From: Oopsacas minuta
Lineage: Eukaryota > Animalia > Porifera
Direction of reading: 5' to 3'
Assembly: GCA_024704765.1 (NCBI GenBank)
Contig: JAKMXF010000144.1
Location: 248,001 to 312,000 of the forward strand
DNA: 64,000 bases
Below are positions 45,291-57,508 of the stretch, piece after piece. The position numbers were made by a program, and so were the translations under genes. The notes under the pieces are model-generated. The model saw nothing but the letters and a program-made list of their open reading frames with translations, was not told the DNA's origin and searched no databases. Within the stretch, counting starts at the first letter, position 1. Every line of letters starts with the position of its first letter.

Positions 45291-47639
45291 TCATTGCATA
45301 TTCAAGAAGTTTCGCATCTGAACTATACCCTCCGACACCTTATTAGCCTCAGTCAGCTGATTAATCACACGGGACCGCTGCTTAACTTTTGGTACCTCAA
45401 CATTATCCATCTCAGCTGCTTGGTTCTTTATAACTTGTATGATGAGTTCCCTATGCCCCATCAGCAGAGTTTTAATCTCTTCCAAAACTTCACTATTATG
45501 TAAGGTGTCTGCTCTTAACTTTTCTACATTTTTACCTAAACTATTGAGAGGGGGAACTTCCCATTTATCGAGAATATTCTTTGGGTTTTTTATAACTTCT
45601 AACGGTTTGAAATGTTTTGTTCTGAAGTCTTTCATGCAGATAGCGAACAGGGAATTGTGTTCTATCCTAGCGAGAATCCAAGCTCGATTTTTATAGAGTT
45701 TTCTTTGCGCGTCACTCCACACGTTTTGGTATGTATCGCTCATTTGAGCGATTATCAGATTCAGGAAGACAACGATAACGAAGAATAGGAATGTGACATG
45801 TAACAATAGACTAAGCCAACCAAATCCACAAGTGCTACATGGCTGATAGTAATTGTCGAATACAGAACCAGATTCTACCATTACTCTAAACCCATTGAAT
45901 AAAACAAACCACCATTCACTGAGGAGGTATGTCTGATCCTGACAACGAGTTCTGCTAATGGAATTCGTACTGTTACCAGAGGGGCAATATATGTGAGGTG
46001 TTCGTGCAGCGTCTACTACACCTTCAAATTTAAGTGCCAAATATGTCGCGCCAGAAAAAGCGAAGAGGAACATCGCGAAAATAATAGAAAAGGGGACAAT
46101 ATCATATCTAAGAATACTCGAAATAATCTCTACATACGCGCCAGTAGTCCTTAGAACAACCGCGAACTTATAGCCTCGCATAACATTGAGTAGATAAGCA
46201 ATAGAAGCGAATAACCATTGAGCATTTTCAGCCTGAGCGTTCTGTGAGAATCTAAGCGGAATAATCAATAGTGAGAATACTATAGCTAACAGATCCAGAT
46301 AGTTATACCAGTCTTGTAGGTATTTTAGTTTATGTCGAAACATTTGGAAAATCTCTGAAGCTAAATTCCAGAATGTGAAGATAAGATATATAACTTCACA
46401 GAGCAGTCTTATTATATTAGCTCCAGTTACAGATGGGTAGAAATAATGTTTCGCATTGTCCTCACGGGCCGCGAGTATAAAAGCGATGGACATAACGAGC
46501 ATATGAATGAGGAACGATAGACATTGCACTAAGAATCTAACTCTACCAAATTTCTTCCATTTATATCTAAGCAATAGACGTACTGTCTCATGATACACAA
46601 TCTCTTCATAGCCAGAACGCGCTATAATGTGCAGACAGGATTTCTGATGTCTGTTAAAGTTAGCTTGTCCAGGTTGGAAGCCTTTGCGATCTGCCTCTAG
46701 AATCCCGTAATGCAAATGGTAGGTGTTCTCTGTCATCTGGTCTAATACCTTCATAGAGTCTAACACTATGTGTATAGTCTCACTGAACTCTCCAGCATGT
46801 TCTAGCATCGTGTGGAATGACAATCGACTGGGTTCGTGCCCTACCGCCGTGAAAATTCTCCTTACCTCATATGCTGGCATTGCTTCACCTATATAAGCAG
46901 CTACTGCATCTTGTTTGTGAAAGATAGCAACCTCAAACGGAGTGTCACCGTCCTTATTCTTAGCATAAACGAGTGAGAGAACTTCAACAAGTTTCTTTGC
47001 TATTTCTATTGATCCATTCTTCGCTACTAGGTGTAGCGGAGTATTCATATCATGATCAAGAGCAAGAGAAGAAGCTCCTCTCGCAAGGAGAGCTTTCACG
47101 AATATATTAATAGTATCTTTACTGAAAGGGCTACTAAGTATGTTAATCAGAGCAGAGTTAAGTGACTCAGAAGCTGCTACATATCTATCCGTGTACACAT
47201 CGATAACAGCTTCAGTCCTTGACATATTATTCTCAGAGCTCTTCCTACAGACTTCTTTATGAAATTCATCGGTTTCATCTTGTATTGCTAATTCAATCCG
47301 TATCTCCATCGGAGAGGTGTGAGTCTCCTGGAGTAATGACGTCATTATGTCGCCCTGTACCTCTTCTTTAGTCTCAGAGTCTACTTTACTGTCTGAGAAT
47401 AATTTAAATATTCCTCTCCCCTTAAACATATCCCCCCATCTCTTGCCGAGGGACAGACCGAGTGATTTGCTGTGTCCTGAACGATCAGGACTAGGAGAGC
47501 GGGGTGAGAAGGTCCGTCGAGTTGAGAGATCGTACATGACGTTATCATTTTCTCTATCGTGGTAAGAATCTGGCTGGGAGGTGGCTACAATTATAACAGG
47601 CTTGAGTGGAGTAATAGTCTCCTCAGAAGATGGTTCCAT
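45291..47639 (-). CDS. Ankyrin-containing TRP-superfamily cation channel, intronless
   Basis: Two ankyrin repeats (NTPLHLVAKNG, GDTPFEVA), pre-S1 LLLRYKWKKFG, six hydrophobic helices and post-S6 FLNLIIAQMSDTYQNV. Confidence 0.85.
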   Translation of the reverse strand: MEPSSEETITPLKPVIIVATSQPDSYHDRENDNVMYDLSTRRTFSPRSPSPDRSGHSKSLGLSLGKRWGDMFKGRGIFKLFSDSKVDSETKEEVQGDIMTSLLQETHTSPMEIRIELAIQDETDEFHKEVCRKSSENNMSRTEAVIDVYTDRYVAASESLNSALINILSSPFSKDTINIFVKALLARGASSLALDHDMNTPLHLVAKNGSIEIAKKLVEVLSLVYAKNKDGDTPFEVAIFHKQDAVAAYIGEAMPAYEVRRIFTAVGHEPSRLSFHTMLEHAGEFSETIHIVLDSMKVLDQMTENTYHLHYGILEADRKGFQPGQANFNRHQKSCLHIIARSGYEEIVYHETVRLLLRYKWKKFGRVRFLVQCLSFLIHMLVMSIAFILAAREDNAKHYFYPSVTGANIIRLLCEVIYLIFTFWNLASEIFQMFRHKLKYLQDWYNYLDLLAIVFSLLIIPLRFSQNAQAENAQWLFASIAYLLNVMRGYKFAVVLRTTGAYVEIISSILRYDIVPFSIIFAMFLFAFSGATYLALKFEGVVDAARTPHIYCPSGNSTNSISRTRCQDQTYLLSEWWFVLFNGFRVMVESGSVFDNYYQPCSTCGFGWLSLLLHVTFLFFVIVVFLNLIIAQMSDTYQNVWSDAQRKLYKNRAWILARIEHNSLFAICMKDFRTKHFKPLEVIKNPKNILDKWEVPPLNSLGKNVEKLRADTLHNSEVLEEIKTLLMGHRELIIQVIKNQAAEMDNVEVPKVKQRSRVINQLTEANKVSEGIVQMRNFLNMQ

Positions 47640-47815
47640 ACAATCTGTACTAATTACAGCTACCAAAAAATAATGAATTCTTAAAATATATTGAATTAAG
47701 AATCAGAGGGAGAGGGGAATCCTGAGAGTCGCTAGATTATAAGTAAACTGTTGTAATGTTGAGAATAGCCTAAAATATATCATACAAAGATTCGTCATCA
47801 TTTCGTAAATAACAG

Positions 47816-50800
47816 CTAGATATAATTATCGTCATCTTCTCCATATCTCTCCCTCTCCCTAAATATCAAAATGTAAAACCAAAGCCTAAATCAGCTGCTA
47901 GTGCGTATTCAAGTTCTAACCTCTGTCTCCATTTCCTAATCTGACCTCTGATATCACTCTCTCTATCCTAATTAAATACGAGAGAGTATTAATCAAACAA
48001 ATGACAGTTAACCACCACTCTATCGAACCCTCAGGGAAGGAAGATATGTGCGAGATAGCGGTATGTGGAAGGATGTATCGACTGTATTTATTGACTATTC
48101 GTTGACCACCACATGTATATTAAACCAAACCATACGGAGAGTATCCAATTTCCTCTGTTCAGTATTATACAATTTATAGGGACACAATATAAATGTTTAC
48201 AAGTGGTCTAGAATTCAACGAATCATTATTTAGAGATGACCTTCTCCTCAGAGAAGTAACACCTTCTGACATAAATAACACAAATGATATAGGCGGCATG
48301 ACACCACTTCACTGGTTATGCTTAAAACACCTTTATTGTGACACAATACGACAACAAGAGAGCAACCTCCAACTAATTGAGAATTTGCTCGTATTCCATG
48401 GAGCTGATCCTAATATTATGACAAGTACACTCTCCTACACACCTCTACACATTCTTAGTTTAGGTAAGAACTCAGAGGAAAAGGAAATATCCAATATATG
48501 GACATTTCTTAAAGACAAAATACGTGACGAACATACAAATATAAATGAAGAATTAGCGATAAAAACAGCTGTAAGAGTACTATTAGAAAATGGCGCCAGA
48601 ATTATACCGAATAGAACACATAATTTGACACCTCTGGGTCTGTTTATGATGCGACTGGGTAAGGAAGATATGGAAATAGAAAACGTGTACGAATTCTTCC
48701 CAGTATCTCTCCGATTGAGAGATTTATTTGAGATGAATACAATAAAATTATGTGAATTTAGAAATAGAGAAGTGTTACTTAAAATAGTATCATTATCAAT
48801 CAAGCATGGATATGGGTATCTAGGGAGTTTAGATTGGAATGTATCAGGATTATCACGACTTTTGCCACAAGATTGTGATCAGCTGATACTCGTATACACA
48901 CAGGGGACATTTCAGGGTAAGCTCCTGCCAGACTATATCCCACTAGTACTCAACTCGGAAAATCAGGATAGAAATGAAATATTCCCTCTCAAATGTAAAT
49001 TGCTAGACGAAATGAAAAATACAACTCTTGTCTATGAGAAATTCGGTATAACAGGGCTGAAAGCTGCTCTGAACCTTATTATTTGTGAAGAATCAATGTA
49101 TATTTCCTTTGAGGAGATTCTCGTTTTATATTCAACCAAATTGTCAGATTTATCAATGAAAAATGGGCTAGAACCGTTCGAAGAAATGTTCAGTATATTC
49201 GTGGATGTTGTAGCAGAAAGGTTTAGAATTAAAACCAACACTAAAAGCATGAACACAGTAGGATCTGTCTGTCTATTAATTCTACTGGAATTGTTGGGAG
49301 CAAGAAAACAAGACAAACACATAGTCAAGCGGATACTCTCCTCGTTAATAGCTAAATATGAGATGAATGCTATTCTACATTCAATCGTAGATGTTATGTC
49401 TTGTAACAAAACACAGTATCTAGTTATTACCGGAGAAAGAAGTCATAAATTAGCAAATTTCAAATGGAAAACACATATAGAAATTATCTTAGAATTCTTA
49501 GACACACAAATCAATAATTTGGATGAAGATGGCAACACTTGTTTATTTGTAGCGATTAATAACATGGATATACACATAATAACAGAGCTGTTAACGCATA
49601 ATGCATATCCATACGCTAGAAATACAGACGGAAATACTTGTATTTTACTTATCAGGGACATGTTAACTAATGTACATGAAGTGTCACCACTGAGACAGAA
49701 AATAGACTTATTAGATTCATCTCCTCCAATGCTTAAAGTTCTATCAGCCGAGCTAATAATATCACATACAGGATTACGAATTAGTGAGGATAATCTAGCT
49801 GCTAGTGCCAGGAACATATTAGTATTACATGGATATAAATTCAAGAACTGACTGACCTCTTGGACAGCTGCCTTAGCCCTCATTCTAGCACGTTCTGCTT
49901 TCTGATCTTGTCTCACTAGATACATATAGAAATAAGCATATTTATTCAAATGAGAGAAGTACAAATATCAGTTGCTTACAATGTTTTGATATTTTGTTTT
50001 GCATTTTAAGCTGCATCTGTTCGAAATGGGTCATTTTGGGCTAAAATTCAGGAAAGAATGAATCGAACATAAATGTATATATATATAAGCACCATGTACC
50101 CTACAAGGACAACACTTGTTTACCTGATCATTAACTTTATCTATTTTCCTATTAACAAATCAACAATAAACATAAACACAGCTGTTAATCTAACTCAATT
50201 TAACATACTTAACATTTGGAGAAGTTAGACCAGCTGTATTGCTATTCCTCCTAACAGGATCTGAATCACTACTAGAGCTATCAGGTGAATACTTTACTTC
50301 CCTAAAGTGTGATATTATTATACAACTCATATTTAGGGGGTAATCATCTCGCCGAGGGTGCCTGTACTAACCTCTTGGCTTTGTAATGATAAGATCGTCT
50401 CTCTCTACTCCTAGATCTTGTTCTAGACCTACTGGATGATGAGGTATATCGTTTATGCCTTCTATGTCTCCCACGATATCTATCTCTGGAAATAGACCTC
50501 TTATTTCTAGTGCTAGAGTGAGATCTAGATCTACGGGACCTCTTCACATGCTGTTTAGTCCTCTTCTTAGATTTGTTATCATGACCTGATCCAAATTCTG
50601 TGATATACTCAATCTTCCCAGACTCAGCTGATGACGAGCTAGCTGACCTGTCCCAGTGGGGACGGGAAGGAGGATAGGTAGGACTCGCCCGACACGCGTA
50701 GCTACAACAATAGTACAAATCCCATACCGATATTTAGTCCCACAATTTTCGGGATAGTAGCTCGTTAGAAAGAGAATTTACTGTATTTTAAGGTTATTAG

Positions 50801-52300
50801 AATTACACTCATTAGCCTCCAACCAAGTATATAATAATACCTAAGAGGCGAAGAGGATCTGAATCTTGTTTCAGGTGCTAGTCTAGATCTTAGTTCCATC
50901 TTGAGAGCTCTCCTCTCGCGTCTGGTCCCTCCTTTACTCTGTTACACAGTATAAATATAATTATCTGTGAAATGTATAGAAATACCTTCGTTAGAGCTTT
51001 CTGTTTCTCTAGGTATAATTCTTTGTTGTGTAGCTTATGCTCTGCTAAATCACCTCGATGGTAACTGTAAGATAATGTCAACAAACAAACAAACAAACAA
51101 ACAAACAAACAGCCAACATAACTTACTTAGAAAATGGTTTGGCTTTTATTCCAAACTGTGTCGCTATCCCATTCAGTGAGTCAATCTAATATAATAATAT
51201 CAAACTTGTTAAAAACTTATGTGTAATATGAAACAAACCTGTTTAGTTTCTAACACGTCTAGATCCAAGTCATTCCCTATAGATTAGCAGTTATACATAT
51301 TCTAAAAAGGTGTGAAAAGCTTGATACTCACCGATCTCACTGAGGATATCCTCCTCATAATTATCATCAGGGGAGTCAGGAGTATTATCCACTGCTTGGA
51401 TACTGCTAATCTCCATAGGCATGCTCTTATCATAATGATATCCTATTGCTGTTTTGTTAGAAGACTTTCTATGTAAAATAACAAATATGGAAATGTTTAT
51501 AAATTTATTTGTTGTTGTTTACTTTTCGTGATGTGTTGGTTTAGAAATAGGATACAATTCATTGATGTTTATTTCTGCTAAAGCTGTCTCTTGTGAAACT
51601 AAATGAGTAGAATAATAACAACAACAAATAACAATGAATAACAAACATACTTCCTTTGAATTTGTTATAAACCAGCTGTCTGTATCTCTCATAATCACAT
51701 TTAGATTCAAGCTCAGAATCCCGAGAACTAAAAGATGTGAAAATATAGAACGTATTTGGTAACAACATCCCCATAGTTACCTGTGTGCAGATTTGGAATG
51801 CTCTGTGATATAGTCTAGATGTGCCAATCCATCAAATCTATTACTCAACAATAAACAGGTCTCTGTGTGTATTTACCATAATCATTACCTTGACATCATG
51901 ACGTCACTATTTCCCTGCCATGGTACACTACACAAACACAATACAGCTCACATACAAATACACATAGATTTGTATTAATATAAAAATAGCTATCAAGTAA
52001 TGTATTATCATATAAGAGTCTGTTTCTGTGAAGAAATACAACTAACAGACACTGACAGGACTGAATATTCATTGTTTGATACAGAGGGGTTGAGGTGGAG
52101 CTTACAAGTAGTGCCAGTTATGCGTAACAGCTGGAGAGGATCACTTTTCTAAAACATAATAATCAAACCTCATATGACAGAGTATTATAATTGATAAATA
52201 CCATTTTCTCATAGTGATCCTTACGACGCTCAGCTCTCTTCTGATAGTCTATAAGCATTCCTTTGACCTTCTTTTCCTGCTTCCTAGATTCATGCCACAT
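47816..52300 (-). CDS. CLASRP: CLK4-associating SR-rich protein (SFRS16), many small exons; last two exons (47921-47967, ~47816-47858) lie beyond a 1.9-kb intron (47968-49856)
   Basis: MWHESRKQEKKVKGMLIDYQKRAERRK, PWQG, CDYERYR, IGYHY, SYACRASPTY, IEYITEFG, RS tract, QLKMQ and DRESDIR..ERERY. The exact 3' end is uncertain. Confidence 0.85.
48193..49851 (+). CDS. Divergent ankyrin-repeat protein with a C-terminal BC/Cullin-box-like motif (FEM1-like), nested antisense in a CLASRP intron
   Basis: GMTPLHWLC, YTPLHIL, LTPLGL and DGNTCLFVA ankyrin motifs. C-terminal PPMLKVLSAELI..L..LVLHG resembles FEM1 TLKCLAAR..FVGFH. Confidence 0.65.
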   Translation: MFTSGLEFNESLFRDDLLLREVTPSDINNTNDIGGMTPLHWLCLKHLYCDTIRQQESNLQLIENLLVFHGADPNIMTSTLSYTPLHILSLGKNSEEKEISNIWTFLKDKIRDEHTNINEELAIKTAVRVLLENGARIIPNRTHNLTPLGLFMMRLGKEDMEIENVYEFFPVSLRLRDLFEMNTIKLCEFRNREVLLKIVSLSIKHGYGYLGSLDWNVSGLSRLLPQDCDQLILVYTQGTFQGKLLPDYIPLVLNSENQDRNEIFPLKCKLLDEMKNTTLVYEKFGITGLKAALNLIICEESMYISFEEILVLYSTKLSDLSMKNGLEPFEEMFSIFVDVVAERFRIKTNTKSMNTVGSVCLLILLELLGARKQDKHIVKRILSSLIAKYEMNAILHSIVDVMSCNKTQYLVITGERSHKLANFKWKTHIEIILEFLDTQINNLDEDGNTCLFVAINNMDIHIITELLTHNAYPYARNTDGNTCILLIRDMLTNVHEVSPLRQKIDLLDSSPPMLKVLSAELIISHTGLRISEDNLAASARNILVLHGYKFKN

Positions 52301-52579
52301 TCTAGTACGCATCAATAAATTACATAACCCGATAAGATATTGATTAATATCTCCTAGGATACATAACCCAAACAGGTCCAAACTTCCCGGACCCTAAATT
52401 TTGCCCCCCAATAGCCCCCAATAACTCTGCCACTCGATATTTATGTAAGAGTTTTTCAATTTCACATTTCTCCCAAGTTAAGAATTTGCTTATACAGAAT
52501 GGTTCTATTCTATTAAAACTATAACCAGTGAGGACAACTCGACTGCTATATACATGCTCAAAATTAAAGATTTTGTATT

Positions 52580-55500
52580 CTAGATATCTTTTGGTACTTC
52601 CATTATCTCCCCGTTTAATTCTGTATCCATTGGTTCGTAATTTGAAAAGTCTCCAAACTTTATAACCGGGATAACTTCTGCTCGCTTGGTCCTGGACCCG
52701 AAATCAGAGGCGAAGACGTCCTTCCCTTTATTGCTCCTTTTACGACGCTTTTCTTCTTTTATTGCTATGAGTAACTTCAGTCCAACGTGATCCCATTCCA
52801 GATACCATTCATTTAATCTATCCTGATCCTCTAGTCGGATGTCTTTAACGCCAATAAGGTCATTATCTTTCATGTTAAAAGGAGGATTGCGGACACTAGG
52901 CTTTGGGGGTGATGTCTTGTTCTTTCTTTTCTTTCGTGGAGTAGATGGCGGTTCACGGACCGGGATCCATTCGAATTTATCCATACGGTACTTAGCAACC
53001 CGTAGATACACTAACGGTATGTTGGTGTGTGTGGATATACACTGTAGAAGAGCAGTAGGACTTGATGACTCTGTACTGTCGAATACTATCTCATTAGGGG
53101 GCAGAAAGTGGCCTCCTGGTTCCCCCGTGGGTACATGGAGAGCAAGGTTTAATATTAAACAAGAATTCGGGAATATCTGTCCTTCATTCATAGGACATAC
53201 AGCTAATTTACTTCCTGAGACCAGTTTAAATTTTTTCAGTGTGTGTTGTCCATCTTTTAACACCCTCTGTGTACGCCCCTCTACAACTTCCTGTACCCTT
53301 AGACATGAAGCGATGGGTACCTGCATGTCTAATATCCCAAGAGTCATTATCTGTAACTTAAGGTCATCTAATGTGTCCGTTAAACTAATATCTATTTGGT
53401 CTATGAATCTAATCTCGTGTTGGAGAGGAGGATATATTTGAATGAGATCAGTCTCTCTGGGAACGTAATTACATTTGGTTACTGTATCGTTCAGCTGTTC
53501 ACGGTTCTTATTTGAATCCTTCTCTTTAGCTACATCTACAGACACATCCTTGGTATCCTTCTCCTTTTTGCATTTGGCTAGATATAGCTCAATATTGCTG
53601 TTAAGCTCTGTCATTTCGAGTCTGCGAGATTCAATGCTTGGACCACTTCCTTCTGGGAAGGGGACTAGTTGGAATATTTCTAGACGGACGAACCCTTTCG
53701 GAGGTAGTCTCCCCTCTTCTACAAGGAGGTACCCACCGTCTCTCACTCCTGCATCATCCAAGGTCTTCTCCTCATCCTCTAAAATCTCTGCTGCTTCCCC
53801 ACACCAGTTAGTTTTCCTCAAATGCCATCCTCCAGTGAGATCAGCATTAGCTACTATTACAGCTAAGCACTGACCAACAGTAGCACTGTCTTCTAGTATA
53901 ACCTATATGCGTATACTAGAATTAATATTATTCACAGTTATGCGGGGGTAACCTACTTCTCTAGCGTCTAAGTCATCAGATATGGGAGACACGTGATATG
54001 ATATTGTTATTTGTGTAGCAGAGGGTGGAGTACCTTTCTCTACTATTATCTTCTTGTTCTTATTGATTCCTGCTTCTTTAAGAGTCTGATCCTCATGGAT
54101 AGGAGGACAGAGGCCCTTGGATGCGTCCTCTATTCTAAGACGTACTCCTTCAGTACAATTAGCAGGGTCTATCTTAGTAAGAATAGCCTCCTTCAATATA
54201 GATATGTGTTCATCACACATAATATCTACAGAGAAAGTACGATATGTAGAGGCTAGATTAGCTATAGGTGTACATCTGTCCTCTATACGGAGATGTAGTG
54301 TATTGTTCCTTTCATCTACTACCTGTACAGACGGTAATATACAGCTAGCTCATTGGTATACAGTGTAGCCTCCACAACGGGGTGTTAGGGACCCGGAGTA
54401 TGCTACCCCGTTTGTGAGGTTACGCTATAATATTTATACAGACCTGAGAGGTAATGATCTTTTTTCCTTTCCTGTCAGCTATAATTTGAGATCCGTTCTC
54501 TATACCCAGCTGGGAGAGGGTCTGATTGTCCTTGTTAGGGGGGAGGGGTACAGGGGTGAGGTTACCCTTAGACCTAGTTCCTGACTCGTAGGATGAGTCC
54601 TTAATGAAGGTGAGGACGGATTGAGTGGGAGGGATATCACACTTAAATAGGAGCTCTGCTCTTATATCTGACAGGAGTGTATCTTTTTGTCGAGTAACCT
54701 CTTCATCTTTCTAGCATATAGTGTGTACATTATTTTCACACCTTTGGTACATAAACAAAACAAACAAACCTTCCCATACTCATCAGTAGGATCTGGGTAA
54801 GTGAAGGTGATTAGAATAGGTTCAGAATCTGATCCTATAGGAGGGATGATACCGTGTACGTCATGACCATTCCATAGGAATAAATGGTCGTTATCGTTGA
54901 GGTGTTTTTTAATCTCACAATCCTCTTCAGTAGGGATACGATCGTACAGATGGAATCCACCAGGAAGATCACGGATTTCATGAAGCACAAATTTGACACC
55001 TTCCGGTAGTAAGTCTGGATTTGATTGACTGAGTATCTCCTCTCTCAATACAGCCATAGGGTTACGTCTATCTACGGTTATCGTCAGTAGACACCCTGAT
55101 GTATCACTATCATCTACTGGTACATATTGTAGTCTATTGTCTATATAGCAGTAAGTTGTAGCGAAGTGAAGATACAGACAGATTGAGTTTAGATGTATCT
55201 CGTATTCTTCTCTTTGTTTCATTAACTTCACGTTATATTCCGCTACTTCTGCTATCCATGAGTCCTGTAGCCACGCTTCAGGTCTGTTCAGAGCTGATTC
55301 AGGCAACTGTATAGATGATTGTCTGTAGAATAACATGTAAGCTGATTCCTTCCCTCCATACATTGTTGTTATTGATTTCTCATGGATCGGACGTACACAT
55401 CTGTCATTAATCTCAAACCATCGGTAACCAGGAGGGGGGCAAACGGGGCTCTGTCTCTTCATCTTCTTAGAGGCAGGGGACTCTACAGGGTCCGGGCGGG

Positions 55501-57362
55501 GAGCATTGCCCGGTTCTGACATACTCGTGTCCATGGGTGATAAATACCCGTTAGTTTGAGATGATTGAGAATTATTCTAGATGATTATACCATAGAAATT
55601 ACAGATATTTCATTGTGTGTATACATACCAGAGTTGTAGAGTCGTTGCTAGGTGTGTCACATACAGAAGTAACAAATGACATCTCCTGTTGATTATCAGG
55701 AACAAAGTTAGGATTAAGTGACACCTTTTGCGCGCCATCAACAACAAACACGTCAGGGTGTTTTTTCATAAACTTCATAAATGTACCGTGTGTAGATTTA
55801 AACCTCTGACTCCAACTGATACCTGTATCGTGACGTAATGCGTCACATATTTGGCTAGGAGTAGCTGGTGTTTTTATACGAGATATTATAGCAGATATTA
55901 AATCTATTGCGTTAGTGTAGTTAGCGTAACCACTGGGATTAGAGTCATCTTTAGAAGCTGGTACCTGTAACGACAGTTCATATAACTCAATAATCACAAA
56001 ACTTTGTGAACAGCTGATTTAACAGAAATATTCGCTGTGATCTTAAAATAGAAATAAACAGAATACAAACCAGTATTTTCTCTTCTTCTGGGGGTACCCA
56101 ATTACCCAGGTTCTGTATATCTCTAATATAAGTCTTATAATGTCCTCCATACGTACTACCACTATGTATAACTACAGAGAACAGTTCGTAATGAGCATCA
56201 GAGGATAGAGGGCCAGCTCCCTCTGTTACTGAGTCAACAAATTGACTCATGTCTAGTAGCTGAGGGAAACTGAACTTCCCTGTTTCTTTATATCTCTCAT
56301 TTCTTACGAAATCGTACTGAAATCTCATCAGAGCTATTGAAATAATATAAACAGGAAGTAGTGATTACTTCTTAGCTCAGCTTACCCAGAGAGAGGATAG
56401 GAGGGAGGTGTCTGAGATGACACCTTTTTACAGCGTCCACTAACTGGTCACATGAACCACAATGGTACTTATTGTCACCTTCTAGCGTCTCTGTCAACAC
56501 AAACTGTTTGTGTAGAGATTCTTCTAAGCTATGAAGCCCCACTACTGTAACAGGAATGTGTAAGAAGTCCTCCTTTATCTCTCTGCACGCACTGCAGTTC
56601 TTACATTTAATCTACACCCATATACACGCCATAAACAGCTGCTAGAATATACAGTCTCAAGGGACAGCGATAATTACTCAATATGGCCGATGAAACAGAA
56701 GTTACTTTGACGGTTGGGACCATATTTGTACAATTATAAACTTCGTATATCGAAGTAACCCCATAAGGATGCTAATATGAATGATAACTTACTTGGTTAA
56801 CAAAACTTCCGTGATATATTGTAGATATTATTTGACTGCCTGTGGTATTCTGAAGAGAATGTTCTATAGCGCTGAATAATATTCTGTTCATCTCATCCAC
56901 GTCATGTTGAAACAGTTCCTCATTATCTGACCACCCAAAACTGTCCGTCAGGAAAGCAGTGCTTATACACTGCTCATCTGCTAGTAAGAGACGAGCTGAT
57001 AATCTCTGTAGTTGTATAGGAATGAGTCGATACTCTTTACAGTGCTATAAAGAAAAGAGTATTCAAGGAATAAATCATATATTGAAATGTGTCATAGATA
57101 ATACCTTGGTGGCATCAGGAGGACATTGTCCTATTTCCTTCCTTCCAAGCTTGAATAACTCTTGTCTGAACTCTGGTGTAAAGTGTAGAGTTTGTAGCAG
57201 AGCATTGAGATAGCAGGTCGCCCCCTGATTAGCTAGACCACAGAGATTGGTCTCGTTCCTCGGAGGATTGGTTCTCTCGACTGAGAGACGTTCCTTGCCA
57301 TCTGGAGCAGAGAAACCCCCTCCTGGAGTATCATCCTCTTCCCCGAATAAGTCGGTAAGCAT
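52580..57362 (-). CDS. USP40: Ubiquitin-specific protease USP40, multi-exon
   Basis: MLTDLFGEE, GLANQGATCYLNALLQTLHFTPEFR (Cys box), YELFSVVIHSGSTYGGHY (His box) and WFEIND..GKESAYMLFYR. Confidence 0.9.
56650..56757. mobile_element. Tigger-like MITE, truncated copy 3 (USP40 intron)
   Basis: gataattactc..tactttgacggttgggaccatatttgtacaatt aligns to the core of copy 1. Confidence 0.65.
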
Positions 57363-57508
57363 CCCAATAATATGATACTATTATTAGTAACACCAGATAC
57401 TAATTAGAGTGTGAATAAGATTAATATTTATGGAATAGTCAGAGTATTCGTTCAGATTTATTGAATTGAATTCATAAACAGAAATATATGTACAAAGTTG
57501 AAAACAAA

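Noticed and set aside
49443-49964. 173-aa minus-strand ORF as a separate gene or as the CLASRP C-terminus
   Set aside because: Only 49857-49915 resembles CLASRP. The rest is antisense to the ankyrin gene, and a better-matching exon exists at 47921-47967.
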